Source: an uncultured delta proteobacterium (GTDB lineage: Bacteria; Desulfobacterota; Binatia; UBA9968). From it: a stretch of DNA of 64,000 nt. The stretch covers positions 256,001 to 320,000 of the forward strand of contig CAVXEP010000019.1 in NCBI GenBank assembly GCA_963760795.1. Direction: 5' to 3'. The position numbers and the translations under genes were made by a program. The notes below the pieces were generated by a model. It saw nothing but the letters and a program-made list of their open reading frames with translations, was not told where the DNA came from and made no database searches. Positions 53,985-64,000 of the stretch are shown piece after piece (the first letter of the stretch is position 1; every line of letters starts with the position of its first letter).

Positions 53985-55544
53985 TCAGCCGCCGACTCGC
54001 GCCACGGCGTCGCCGCGGATATATCCTGGCGGCCGGCCATGTTTGGAGTGAATCTCCAGCCAGCCATCGCGCGAGTTGACGACGTTTACTTTAAGGCCGG
54101 CTTCGATCTCGCCCAGTTGCTGGGCAAACTCTGTAGGCGCGGCGAAGACCCGGGTGCTGCGAGTGACTTCGTAAGTGCCCGCGGCTGCGTCCGGCTGTAT
54201 TTTGGTTTGTCTTGCCGGTTGCGCCGCCGCTGTCTCGTCGGCCTTGCCGACCGGGGTCGCCGAAGCGACCGCGTCGCCAGCGCGCTTCAGTTGGACCGGC
54301 GTCGGCGCGGCTTTTTTCTCCGGACCGGCTAGCGCCAACGGTTTGGCGGCATGGATAACCGGCTGCTCGCCGCTCTGGCTCCAGAACAGCGCCGCCATGG
54401 CACCGCACACCACCAGGGCAATCAAAGCGTGGAAGATACCGAGGCCGCGCTTGGCCTGGGGTGCTAATTCTTCGTTGACGGGGTCGGTACGGACCGATGT
54501 CGTCGCGGCAGGGTGGCTGTCGCTGCCGTCGTTTGACGCCGCCATGTGCAGCAACGCTGCCGGCGCTGCCGTGTCCTGCTCGGATTGGAGATCGAATAAT
54601 GTCGGCGCGGCAATGGTGCCGTCGTGGGACGCCGAGAGAAATTGCGCGAAGGCTTTTAGCTCGCCATGATAGGCGCGTTGATGCTCGATGATCGAGCTTT
54701 GTTTGGCGACCAGCTGATCGAAAACCGGCTGCAGGGCGAGCAGGCGATGCTTGATTTCTTCGCTGGCGGCGATCCGCTCTTGCCATTGAGGAATCTCATC
54801 CTCGCGCCGCCGCAGTGAGTCGCGCAGCTCGCGCTCCAGCTTCTCCGATTCGCGGATGCGCTGCTGCAGAGTGTCGAGCTGGCGGGTGATTTCGGCGCCG
54901 GCGCGCAAGTCGTTTTCCAACTCGGCGATTCTCGCCTGGAGCCTTTGGCTTTCTTCCTGGTGGCTGGCTTCGTTGGCGCTCGCATCGGCCACGGGTGTAG
55001 GCGAGTTTTCCAGTTGGCGAACTTTTGACTGGCTTTTTTCCAATTGCTGTTTCAAATCGATGAGCGCGTTTTCCAACTGCGTCTGCCGTTCGCCGGCGCC
55101 ACTGTCGACGACGCTGGCATTCTGGACTTTAGCTTCGCTCTCCTGCAGCTGGCGGCGCAGCTCTTGCACTCGAGCGTCGAGTTGGGTGTTGGCGCTGCGT
55201 AACTGTTCCACCTGGGCGAGTGTCGTGTCGTTTTCGGCCGCGGGCTTGCCGGTGCGAAGTTCGTCGATGGCCCGGTGGGCGGCTTCCAAATCGTCTTGCA
55301 ACAAGGCCATTTCTTTTTTCAGCTCTTGGTTATTGGCGCGCAGGCCGGTGACCTCGGCGCCGTTGCCGCCGGCTTCGCTGCTCGCCGGGGCGGACGCCAT
55401 TGGGGCGTCTTCCAAGCGGGTCAAAAGGTCGTTGATTTCGCCGCGTTTTTTCTTGAGCTCTTTCTCGGACGCGACCAAGAATAGGCCGAGCAACAGTACC
55501 GTCGCTCCTGAAAACAATACGATCCAGAGGAACATGCTCTCCAT
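53985..55544 (-). CDS. coiled-coil membrane protein with C-terminal SH3b-like domain
   Basis: N-terminal TM, long heptad Q/E/L region, second TM, then VNVVNSRDGWLEIHSKHGRPPGYI. Confidence 0.75.
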   Translation of the reverse strand: MESMFLWIVLFSGATVLLLGLFLVASEKELKKKRGEINDLLTRLEDAPMASAPASSEAGGNGAEVTGLRANNQELKKEMALLQDDLEAAHRAIDELRTGKPAAENDTTLAQVEQLRSANTQLDARVQELRRQLQESEAKVQNASVVDSGAGERQTQLENALIDLKQQLEKSQSKVRQLENSPTPVADASANEASHQEESQRLQARIAELENDLRAGAEITRQLDTLQQRIRESEKLERELRDSLRRREDEIPQWQERIAASEEIKHRLLALQPVFDQLVAKQSSIIEHQRAYHGELKAFAQFLSASHDGTIAAPTLFDLQSEQDTAAPAALLHMAASNDGSDSHPAATTSVRTDPVNEELAPQAKRGLGIFHALIALVVCGAMAALFWSQSGEQPVIHAAKPLALAGPEKKAAPTPVQLKRAGDAVASATPVGKADETAAAQPARQTKIQPDAAAGTYEVTRSTRVFAAPTEFAQQLGEIEAGLKVNVVNSRDGWLEIHSKHGRPPGYIRGDAVARVGG

Positions 55545-55862
55545 AGCGATCTCCCGTCGAGTTTGAGGCTGAATTTGATGACTGAATAACGCTAAACTCA
55601 TGCCACTTGACGCAAGGCTAGTTACCTAGAGACAAGCAAGGTAGTTCCGGAGATCATTCGATACTTTGCCAGACAGTTTTCCGGGTATTCCGGCTGAACA
55701 GAGCTGCACAAATCGGTGAATCGTTACGAAAACTGTTTAGCTATGTCTGCGTTGGCCGCGGCAGCAGCGCTGGTTCCGAGAAAAAAAACCCGCATCGTCT
55801 GGCAGATCGCTGGCGCTATGAGCGTCGTTGGGCTAAGAAAAATTACCCCAAGATGTCCTTCC

Positions 55863-57284
55863 ATGATCCCGCAATCTCAAACCGCCACGCCGCCAAAGAA
55901 TCTATCCATCGCCGAAGAGCGGGCGATCCTTTCGGTGACCTGTCTGGCGGCTTTTCTATTCTTCAACAGTTTTGGCAGCATCAGCGTCGCCCTACCGGCG
56001 ATTCAGAAACAATTTGGCAATAGTTTGCCGGAGATTCAGTGGGTCACGCTGATGGGCGTGGTGACGATCTCCAGCTTGTCGTTCTGTTTCGGCCGTGCCG
56101 GCGGTATTCTCGGCCAGCGCCGGCTCTACAAGATCGGTGTGGCGCTTTATGCCGTCGGCGCCGGCTTGGGCGCGCTGGCGCTGTCGTTTCCACAGCTGCT
56201 GATCGCGCGCGCGGTGATGGCGGTTGGGCTGGCGATGGCGCTGCCGATGTCGACGGCGTTGTTGGCCGGCAGTTTCGCCGCCGCGCGGCGCGGCCAGGTG
56301 CTGGGCACCTTCGCCTCGGCTATCGCCGTCGGGCGCATGTCTGGGCCGACCGTCGGCGGCTTGCTCTTACAAATGGGCGGCTGGACCTGGATCTTCTGGA
56401 TGAATTTTGTCGTCGGCTTGGCGGTGACGTTGGCGGTGGTGGAAATTTTTCGCGGCGCCGGCGAGCAACGGCCGGCGAAATTCGACATCTGGGGCTCGTT
56501 GGCCTTACTGCTTGGCTATCCGTCGCTGTTGATCGGCTTGAGTTTTGGCGCCCGCCTCGGTTGGAGTTCGTTGCCGGTGATCGTGTGCTTTGCCGTTGCC
56601 ACGGTTGGGCTGGTGGGTTTCGTTGGCATCGAACTGCGCACCGCGAAGCCGTTGGTCGATGTGGCGATTTTTCGCAATAAAATGCTGTCCGCGGCTATCG
56701 TCGCGCTGATCCTCAGTCATATGCTCCACAATCCGATCGCCTTGGCGGCGCCGCTTTATTTGCAAAACGTGCTTGGCGCCAGCGCGGTTGCCGCTGGATT
56801 CCTGCTGGCGATCTTACCGCTGTCGACGGCGTTGGCGGCGCTGCTGAGCGGTCGCTTGGCCGATCGCTTCGACGCCTCGTCAGTGGCGGCGGTCGGGATC
56901 GGTTTAATCGTTGCCGGCATCGCCAGCTACGCCTGCTTGGGTGTCGACTCCGATTTCGCGTCGGTCGGCGCGGTCTTGGCCTTGCTCGGCGCCGGTATCG
57001 GATTTTTTACCCCGGCCAATCAGAAGCTCGCCTTCGCTTCAGTCGCCAAGGAAGACTACGGCGTGTTGGCGGCGATGTTGAGCTCCTTCGGCACCGCCGC
57101 CGGGACCATCGGCACTACCATAACGGTGGCGCTAATGGAGGTGTCCGGCGGCGACGAGATCTGGCAATCTCAAGCGGTGTTCGCCGGCGCACAGCAATTT
57201 GCATTTGCCTGGTTGGTGCCAATTGGGCTAGTAGCCATATTCATGGCATTGCGTGCTCCATCTCGCGCCGGCGAAATCACTTGA
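55863..57284 (+). CDS. MFS transporter, DHA2 (14-TM) type
   Basis: SVALPAIQ, GRAGGILGQRR, GPTVGGLL, W.WIFWMN, PLVD..IF. Confidence 0.9.
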   Translation: MIPQSQTATPPKNLSIAEERAILSVTCLAAFLFFNSFGSISVALPAIQKQFGNSLPEIQWVTLMGVVTISSLSFCFGRAGGILGQRRLYKIGVALYAVGAGLGALALSFPQLLIARAVMAVGLAMALPMSTALLAGSFAAARRGQVLGTFASAIAVGRMSGPTVGGLLLQMGGWTWIFWMNFVVGLAVTLAVVEIFRGAGEQRPAKFDIWGSLALLLGYPSLLIGLSFGARLGWSSLPVIVCFAVATVGLVGFVGIELRTAKPLVDVAIFRNKMLSAAIVALILSHMLHNPIALAAPLYLQNVLGASAVAAGFLLAILPLSTALAALLSGRLADRFDASSVAAVGIGLIVAGIASYACLGVDSDFASVGAVLALLGAGIGFFTPANQKLAFASVAKEDYGVLAAMLSSFGTAAGTIGTTITVALMEVSGGDEIWQSQAVFAGAQQFAFAWLVPIGLVAIFMALRAPSRAGEIT

Positions 57285-57304
57285 GCGAACGAAAGGAAGC
57301 AAAC

Positions 57305-58269
57305 ATGGTTGTCGATTTTCAACATCACTATATTCCGGTCGAACTGGCGAAAAAGCGCCGACTCTATTCCGACACGGGTAGAACTTTGTTGCAGGAAGGC
57401 GGACTGCCGGCGACGACCATTCATCAGCGGCTGTATAACTTGGAGTTGCAACTCAAAGACATGGACGAGGCGGGAGTGAATGTTTCGGTCTTGTCTTGTC
57501 TGCTCGGTTGGTCGGCGCCGCTGGACGAATGCCGCTTCATCAACGACGATTTGGCGGCGATTCAGAAAAAATATCCACGCCACTTCATTGGTTTGGCACA
57601 GGCGCCGGTTCTCGAGGGGAAATCCGCCATCGCCGAACTGCGCCGGGCGCTCGCCGACTTGGGGCTGCGCGGCCTGACGATCACCTCACAGGTGGGCGGT
57701 CTCTCCCTTGATGCGCTGAAGGTTTACGACTTGTACGAATTGGCCTGCGAGCTCGACGTGCCGGTGTTCGTCCATCCGGCCTTGGTGCCGACCGGCTATG
57801 AACATCTCAAGGATTACGATCTGCCGCGCGTGTTGGGCCCCGAAGTCGACTTGACCGTGGCAACGACCCGCTTGATCGCCGGCGGAATTTACGACCGTTA
57901 TCCCAACTTGAAAATCGTCATGGCCCATTTCGGCGGCGGTATCGCCGCCGTGAAGGACCGGCTGGTGGCTAAGGGTTACCGCTTCGGCACGCTCAAGAAA
58001 CCCTTCGGCGAATATTACGACATGGTGCTATTTCGACATGGCCGGCTTTGAGGGTGGCACCACCGCGCTCAACTGCGCCCTCGAAGGGATCCGTCCCGAG
58101 CGTCTAGTTTTCGCCAGCGACTATCCGCAGGACTTCACCGACGTTAACACCGACACGGGAAAAGGGATGACCGAGCTGCGCAACTATGTCGAAGTGGTGC
58201 GCCAGTTGCCGCTCAGCGAGAAGCACCGCGAAGACATGCTCGGCGGCACGCCAAGTTGTTGAAGTTTAG
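57305..58269 (+). CDS. amidohydrolase_2 family (ACMSD-like) protein; frameshifts near 58030 and 58250
   Basis: VDFQHH, MDEAGV, VFVHP, MAHFGG, FASDYP. Confidence 0.87.
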
Positions 58270-58293
58270 TGGCGCCGAGGGATTCCGGTGCGA

Positions 58294-58851
58294 CTATTCG
58301 TTTACCGGTTTAGCCAAACTCGAATCAACGTAGCCGGGTTTGTTGCCGCGCTTGGATTCGACTTTCAACCAGCCTTTTTCTTCATCGACGACGTTGAGCT
58401 TGGTGCCTTTAGCGATATCGGCCAGGGCCGGATAGTGCAGTCCCGGACCGCCGCGCACCTGGGTATCGGTCATCGCTTCGTATCTGCCTTCGACTCGGCG
58501 CGCTTCGCCGAATTCCGGCTTCTCGTTTCCGCTTTCGCTGGGTTTGACCGCGGCCAATTCGACAAATCCTGGAGCATTGCCTTTCTTTGAGACGATCAGC
58601 GCCCAGTCGCCGTCGCGGCCGACGACATAGACCTTGGCGTTAGCCGGTATATCCGCGATGCCGCGAAACTGTGGGCCGGGGCCAATGCGCACCTTGGCAT
58701 TTTCTACGGTCAAATAGGGGCGTGTTTGTTTGTTCAAGTCGGGCAGATCATCAGGGCTCGCGACCTGCTCAGCTTTTTTGCAGGCTGTTACGAGTAAGAG
58801 GATCGCCAATGCGACGGTCCAGCAATTCGATCTTTTGCCGCGAGATTTCAT
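58294..58851 (-). CDS. lipoprotein with two SH3b domains
   Basis: Lipobox VTAC; two VRxGPG..(F/Y)...GW repeats. Confidence 0.85.
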   Translation of the reverse strand: MKSRGKRSNCWTVALAILLLVTACKKAEQVASPDDLPDLNKQTRPYLTVENAKVRIGPGPQFRGIADIPANAKVYVVGRDGDWALIVSKKGNAPGFVELAAVKPSESGNEKPEFGEARRVEGRYEAMTDTQVRGGPGLHYPALADIAKGTKLNVVDEEKGWLKVESKRGNKPGYVDSSLAKPVNE

Positions 58852-58947
58852 GGAATTCCTCCCACACTATATCTACTACTGGAGACTATAACACAATCGA
58901 CAATCTTGGGTTGGGGATGCTGCACCGCGTCGGTAAGCATACGGGTT

Positions 58948-59367
58948 TCAGTGAATCTCTTTCCAAACTTTGGCGAGGCTCTCGCCGTACACGCTCAAAT
59001 CCCACTCGCAGAAATAACCGAAGGGCGTGGTCCAGACTTGGTAGCCGGTTTCGCCCAAACGTTGCTGCAATGTGCCCATGATAGACTCGGCTAGCTCCGC
59101 GGGAGCGGTGACGCCGCCAAGATGGGTGAAGGAATGGAGCACGATATTTTTCAACCCGCGCTTGTTGGCAAGCCATTTGATGTGTTTCAAGCTCTGGCGC
59201 AGCACCGCGGCGCTTCTTTCGATGTCGCCGTCGGCGGCTTCGGCGTGGAGAAACACGACGACGGTTTCGCCCACTTCCTGGTCGAGATCTTGATCGGCTA
59301 CTTCGGGCAGGGTCTTTGAATGAGTCTTCCAGCGAAAGCGCTTGGCTTGGAAGCAGAGCAACTTCAT
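58948..59367 (-). CDS. free-standing archaeal-type threonyl-tRNA synthetase editing-domain protein
   Basis: MKLL, VVVFLHAE, IVLHSFTHL, TPFGYF, GESLAKV motifs of the tRNA-Thr_ED family. Confidence 0.82.
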   Translation of the reverse strand: MKLLCFQAKRFRWKTHSKTLPEVADQDLDQEVGETVVVFLHAEAADGDIERSAAVLRQSLKHIKWLANKRGLKNIVLHSFTHLGGVTAPAELAESIMGTLQQRLGETGYQVWTTPFGYFCEWDLSVYGESLAKVWKEIH

Positions 59368-59370
59368 GAT

Positions 59371-59938
59371 TCAGCCGCGGTCCAAGAAATTCTTTAACAG
59401 CTTCTTGCCTTCTTCGGCAAGGATCGATTCCGGATGAAACTGCACGCCTTCGACCGGGAAAGTCCTATGGCGCACGGCCATGATGACGCCGTCGTCGGTT
59501 TGGGCGCTGACGACTGAGTTCCGCCGGTAAACTCTGCGGATCGATCACCAGGGAATGATAGCGCATGGCGGCGAAGGGGTTTTTCAAGCCATGGAAAATC
59601 GTCTTGGCGTCGTGGCTTACGTCCGACAGTTTGCCATGCATGATCGACGGCGCGCGGACGATCTTGCCGCCGTAGGCGGCGCCGATGGACTGATGGCCGA
59701 GGCAGACGCCGAGAATCGGCGTCTGCGCGCCGAAGCGCTTGATGACATCGCAGGAAATGCCGGCTTCCTTCGGCGTGCACGGGCCCGGCGAGATGACGAT
59801 TTTTTCCGGGCGCAGCGCGGCGATTTCGTCAAGGCTGATTTTGTCGTTGTAGACCACCCGCACCTCGGCGCCGAGCTCGCCCAGATAGTGATACAGGTTG
59901 TAGGTGAAGGAATCGTAGTTATCGATGAGCAGGATCAT
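59371..59938 (-). CDS. trpG: anthranilate synthase component II (glutamine amidotransferase); frameshift near 59515
   Basis: [29 protein letters not shown]; GVQFHPES lies in another frame. Confidence 0.92.
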
Positions 59939-61423
59939 CGCTTCCTCCACTGCTCGGCGAGCTCCACGGCGCGCAACATGGCGCGGGCTTTGTTCAAGGT
60001 CTCCTGGTATTCAAGCGCCGGATCGGAATCGGCGACGATGCCGGCGCCGGCGTTGATAAATAATTTCTTGCCTTTCATGACAATGGTGCGGATGACGATG
60101 CAGGTGTCGAGATTGCCATTATAGCCGAAGTAGCCGATGGCGCCGCCGTAGAGGCTGCGCTTTTGCGGTTCCAGTTCGGCGATGATCTGCATGGCGCGGA
60201 TCTTCGGCGCGCCGGAGAGCGTGCCGGCGGGAAAGGCCGAGACGAAAAGATCGAAGGGGGTTTTGTCCTGGGCCAGTTTGCCGCGCACGTTGGAGACGAT
60301 GTGGATCACATGGGAATACCGTTCGATGGCCATGAGCTCGTTGACTTCGACGCTGCCGATGGCGGCGACCCGGCCGACATCGTTGCGGCCGAGATCGACC
60401 AGCATGATATGCTCGGCGCGTTCTTTCGGGTCCGCCAGTAGTTCGGCTTCGAGCTCGCGTTCTTCTTCCGCCGTGGCGCCGCGCCTGCGCGTGCCGGCGA
60501 TGGGGCGAAGCTCGATGGTATCGCCGGTGAGCCGCACCAGGGTTTCCGGCGACGAGCCGATGACCCGCAGATCGTCCAGCTCCAAGTAATACATGTAGGG
60601 CGACGGATTGACGAATCTTAGGGCGCGGTAGATTTCAAACGGATCGCTGTCGGTTTCGCTTTCCAGTCTTTGGCACAGCACGGTCTGAATGATGTCGCCG
60701 GCTTTGATATATTCCTTGGCCCGGTTGACCGCCTGGTGAAATGCTTTTGCGGCTCAAATTGGAGCGGAATTTGCGTTTGCCGCTGGCCGGGCTCAAGTCG
60801 CGCGGTTCGATGCCGCGCGGTTTTTTCTGTAGCGTCGAGATGACCTGATGAATTCGCTTCACCGCGCCGTCGTAGGCCCGGCGCAAATTCTTGCCGGGTT
60901 CGATCTGGATGTTATCGATAACTTTGATGGTGTGCTTCAGATTGTCGAAGGCGATCAGGGTTTGCACGAACAAGAAAAAGATCTCGGGCATGCCGAGCGG
61001 GTCTTTCTTGTGGTTGACGATACCATGAAATTGCTCGACGGCATCGTAGGCGACGTAGCCCAAGGCGCCGCCGAAAAAGGGCGGAACACCGGGCACCGGC
61101 ACTGGCCGGTAATCCTTCAGCAGTTCTTCCAGCGCTTTTAGCGGCGTGTCGGTTTGCCATTTCCTGACCTTGCCGTTGTCGATGATTTCGACTTGGTTGC
61201 CGCGCGCTTTGAAGATCCGCTGCGGCCGGGTGCCGAGAAACGAGTAGCGCGCCCAGCGCTCGCTGCCTTCGACGCTTTCTAAAATGAACGCGTAGCGGTC
61301 GCGCTCGAGACGCTTGAAAAACGACAGCGGCGTTTCCAGATCCATCAGGAGCTCTTGATAGATCGGTACTAAGTTGCCCTGCTTGGCGAGCCGGCAGAAT
61401 TCTTTGAAGCTTGGTTGGATCAT
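59935..61423 (-). CDS. trpE: anthranilate synthase component I; frameshift near 60680-60750
   Basis: ILESVEG..RWARYSF, NPSPYM, GSSPE, PIAGT, EHIMLVDLGRND, FPAGTLSGAPK, AGAGIVADS. Confidence 0.93.
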
Positions 61424-61435
61424 TGCGGATAAATT

Positions 61436-61470
61436 AAAAGGGCCATAAGTGATTCACCTATGGCCCTTTT
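61436..61470 (-). terminator. trp attenuator terminator hairpin
   Basis: Minus strand AAAAGGGCCATAGGTGAATCACTTATGGCCCTTTT just upstream of trpE. Confidence 0.8.
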
Positions 61471-61494
61471 GTCAGGTTAGATCGACGGACGTAT

Positions 61495-61569
61495 TCAGCC
61501 ATGGTGCTGCTGCTGGTTCCAATACCAGCGCCGCCAGCAGGCCAAATATTAATTCTCAATGCGCGTCAT
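61495..61569 (-). CDS. trpL: trp operon leader peptide region
   Basis: Frame reads MTRIEN*YLACWRRWYWNQQQHHG*: three Trp codons, with an in-frame TAA or alternative TTG start at 61545. Confidence 0.65.
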
Positions 61570-61576
61570 GACCGGC

Positions 61577-61605
61577 ATAGTGCCGCATAGATGATGAGGC
61601 GTCAA
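61577..61605 (-). promoter_or_regulatory. sigma70-type promoter of the trp leader
   Basis: TTGACG, 17-nt spacer, CACTAT; ATG 8 nt downstream. Confidence 0.55.
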
Positions 61606-61974
61606 GGGCGCTGCACCGTGTGGCAAGTAAGCGGTTGCGGTTGCCGGGAGCCCCGCTGGGTCGCCCTTGGCCGTCGCGCCAACTCGCCGCGACGCAGCAT
61701 TCGATAAAAGGATTTCACTTCGGTGCAATCGTCACAGCGAAATCGGTCCGGTTTGTCCGCTTCGTCAGGGCCAATTTGCGACATCGGTTGATTATCGATC
61801 GATAATTTTACGACCAATGACCAGGCATGGACTGGGTTATTACGGCGCTGGGACCTCGCCTCGCATGGTTTGACAAGTTCTGTGGGTTAGCTTAAAACGC
61901 CATGTCTGGCCGGATTATCTCAATGGCTCTGGATGACAGCCGGCAGGCGGTCCTTGTCGGTGCATGGAGGCAAC

Positions 61975-62758
61975 ATGGTTCGGCGCGAGAAAGCTAATTA
62001 CGTCATTCAATCGGTGTCCCATGCGCTCGATGTCTTGGAGCAGTTCAGTGGCAACGTCGACGAGATCGGCGTCACCGAACTCAGTAAGCGCTTGAAGCTG
62101 CATAAGAACAACGTGTTTCGCCTGTTGGCGACCCTCGAAGCGCGCGGCTATATCGAACAGAATAAGTCCTCGGAAAACTATCGCCTGGGACTCAAGTGTC
62201 TGCAAGTCGGCCAGACCTACATTCATCAGATGGGGTTGCTGATGCAGTCTCGGACGATCCTTGAATCGTTGGCGAAATCGACCAGAGAAAGCGTTTATGT
62301 CGGTATCCGCAAGGGCGGCTGTCATCATGCCCCTGGATTTTGTCGAGCCGCAACGTGCCGTGCGGGTGGTGTCGTTCTTGGGCACGGCGTTGCCGGCCCA
62401 TTGCACGGCGGCGGGAAAGATTCACTTGGCATTCGAAGCCGACGGCGCGTCTGCGCCAGACCCTCGCCGAACGGCTTGAACGTTTCACCGACAAGACGAT
62501 CGTCGAGCGCACGCGTTTTGGATGAGCATATCGGCGCAGATCGTCTCGACCGGTTACGCCGTCGAGAAAGGTGAGTTTACCGAAGAGGTGAACTCGGTGG
62601 CGGTGCCGATCCGCGACTATACGCGCACGTTGGTCGGCACGCTGGCCGTGGTGGGTCCGAGTCAGCGGCTAATCGATGAGGCGATCGACAATGATATCAC
62701 GCCGAGCTTGCTGCGTGCCGGCGATGAGTTGTCGCGCCGTTTGGGCTTTGCTGCGTAA
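61975..62758 (+). CDS. IclR-family transcriptional regulator; frameshifts near 62320, 62450 and 62520
   Basis: IQSVSHALDVLE, GVTELSKRLKLHKNNVFRLLATLE, PAHCTAAGK, SVAVPIRD. Confidence 0.9.
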
Positions 62759-62792
62759 TTGTCTCTGAGCGACAGCGAACTAGGGATAGGCT

Positions 62793-63135
62793 TCACCACG
62801 AAGGTCCTAGCGCGGCGCAGGCGCAACCAAAAGAAAGATTTGGAATCGGATAATTCACCGCAAGAGGCGCAAAGAACGCAAAATTCGGCAAGGACAGCTC
62901 ACCACGAAGGACACGAAGAGCACGAAGGAAGAGACTTAACTTCCGAACCTTCGTGTCCATCGTGCCTTCGTGGTGAGCACTTCTTATGCCCATGAAGTAG
63001 CTACCGTCGAAGACGCTAAAATTTACGCCAGCCGCGCAAACTTGCAATGCAGCTATAGCAGTACGAAGGACACGAGGACCTCCTCGGGGCGTAAGATTTT
63101 ACGCCCCGACATTTGGCTTTCTGTCCTTTGTGGTG
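62793..63135. repeat. array of CACCACGAAG-type repeats
   Basis: Several caccacgaag/cacgaag units with inverted cttcgtg...cttcgtggtga. Confidence 0.7.
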
Positions 63136-63310
63136 AAATTGGGAGTTTTCAATGAGCTTAGGGCTTTAACACAGCCGGCTACGGTCGCGCTAAATTGTGG
63201 TGGGGTGGCGGGGGAGTTGCCGCGCCAGTGATAATTTCTCGCCGAGTATTTTGACAAACTCGTCCTGTCAACGTTAAGTAAGGATTGAAACGGAGGGCGT
63301 CTGCACCGCG

Positions 63311-64000
63311 ATGTTGACGACACTTGAAAAGATCATCGTTTGTTTTGCTCGCCGCCGGCTCGCTTTACTACGGCGGCAGAGGATTTACGACGTTTACCGG
63401 GCCATCGCCCGGGGCAAGCCGGATGCACGCTTCGACAATCTGGCGGACCGCATCCGCCGTGCCCTGTGGATCGTTCTAACCCAACAAAGCGTGTTCAAGA
63501 AGCGGCCGGTGGTGTCGTTGCTCCACGCGATGATCTTTTACGGATTTATATTTTACTTCCTGGTTAATCTTGTCGATGTTCTGGAAGGCTTCTTCGGCAT
63601 CCATGCCCGCGGCGGTCTCTGGAATTTATTTAATATCGCCGGCGATCTGCTAACCGCCAGTGTGCTGACGGGCATGGTCGGCATGGTGATTCGCCGTCTG
63701 CTGGTTAAGCCGCAGGATTTCGCCTTTGCCGAGAATACTCCGGTGCAACCGGAAGTGCGCGCCGGTATATTTCGCGACTCGACGTTTGTCGCGTCCTTCA
63801 TCATCTTTCACGTCGGCTGCCGGCTGCTGTTCAAGGCGACGCAGCTGGCCCAGCAGGGCGACGATCCGTTTCAGCCGGTGAGTTCGCTGTTCGCCGGACT
63901 CTTTACTGGCTTCGCTCCCGGCGTCCTCGAAGTCCTCAATCATTTTTATTGGTGGGGCGCGCTGGGTTCGATCTTGCTGTTCATTCCCTACTTCCCGCGC
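63311..64000 (+). CDS. FadF/HdrD-like membrane Fe-S protein, N-terminal part (frameshifted, 3' truncated)
   Basis: MLTTLEKI, RFDNL..RI, HAMIFYGF..YFLVNLVDVLEG, IRR...P, RDS..V..FIIFHVG, YWWG.LG..L.FIPYFP; GGAGG RBS. Confidence 0.7.
   Translation, partial: MLTTLEKIIVCFARRRLALLRRQRIYDVYRAIARGKPDARFDNLADRIRRALWIVLTQQSVFKKRPVVSLLHAMIFYGFIFYFLVNLVDVLEGFFGIHARGGLWNLFNIAGDLLTASVLTGMVGMVIRRLLVKPQDFAFAENTPVQPEVRAGIFRDSTFVASFIIFHVGCRLLFKATQLAQQGDDPFQPVSSLFAGLFTGFAPGVLEVLNHFYWWGALGSILLFIPYFPR

Noticed and set aside
59371-61423. trpE and trpG as true pseudogenes
   Set aside because: All catalytic motifs and the attenuator are intact; isolated indels are better explained by sequencing error

Overview
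GC-rich bacterial chromosomal window. The gene content resembles Deltaproteobacteria/Candidatus Binatia (inference from many orphan NMT1/SsuA-type solute-binding proteins, amidohydrolases and short intergenic palindromic repeats). It holds an ABC efflux operon, four MFS transporters, a UbiD decarboxylase, a DUF748 protein, a pccB-accC-BCCP carboxylase cluster, pyruvoyl arginine decarboxylase, tatBC, an HDAC-family deacetylase, fabF-fabH, a MetE-like protein, an LLM oxidoreductase next to a hybrid A-T-KS-AT-DH-ACP NRPS/PKS, CobB, a CX8CX2C radical SAM protein, two SH3b proteins, a trpEG operon with a Trp attenuator and a free-standing ThrRS-type editing domain, an IclR regulator and a partial FadF-like gene. 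About 15 genes are broken by small indels, including trpE and trpG; these are most likely long-read consensus errors. The most unusual element is a stand-alone ~190-nt transcription unit at 20602-20825: a near-consensus sigma70 promoter, a ~17-nt stretch complementary to the 16S rRNA 3' end, a 13-codon ORF, a long hairpin and an intrinsic terminator. No rRNA, tRNA, CRISPR array or intact transposase was seen.
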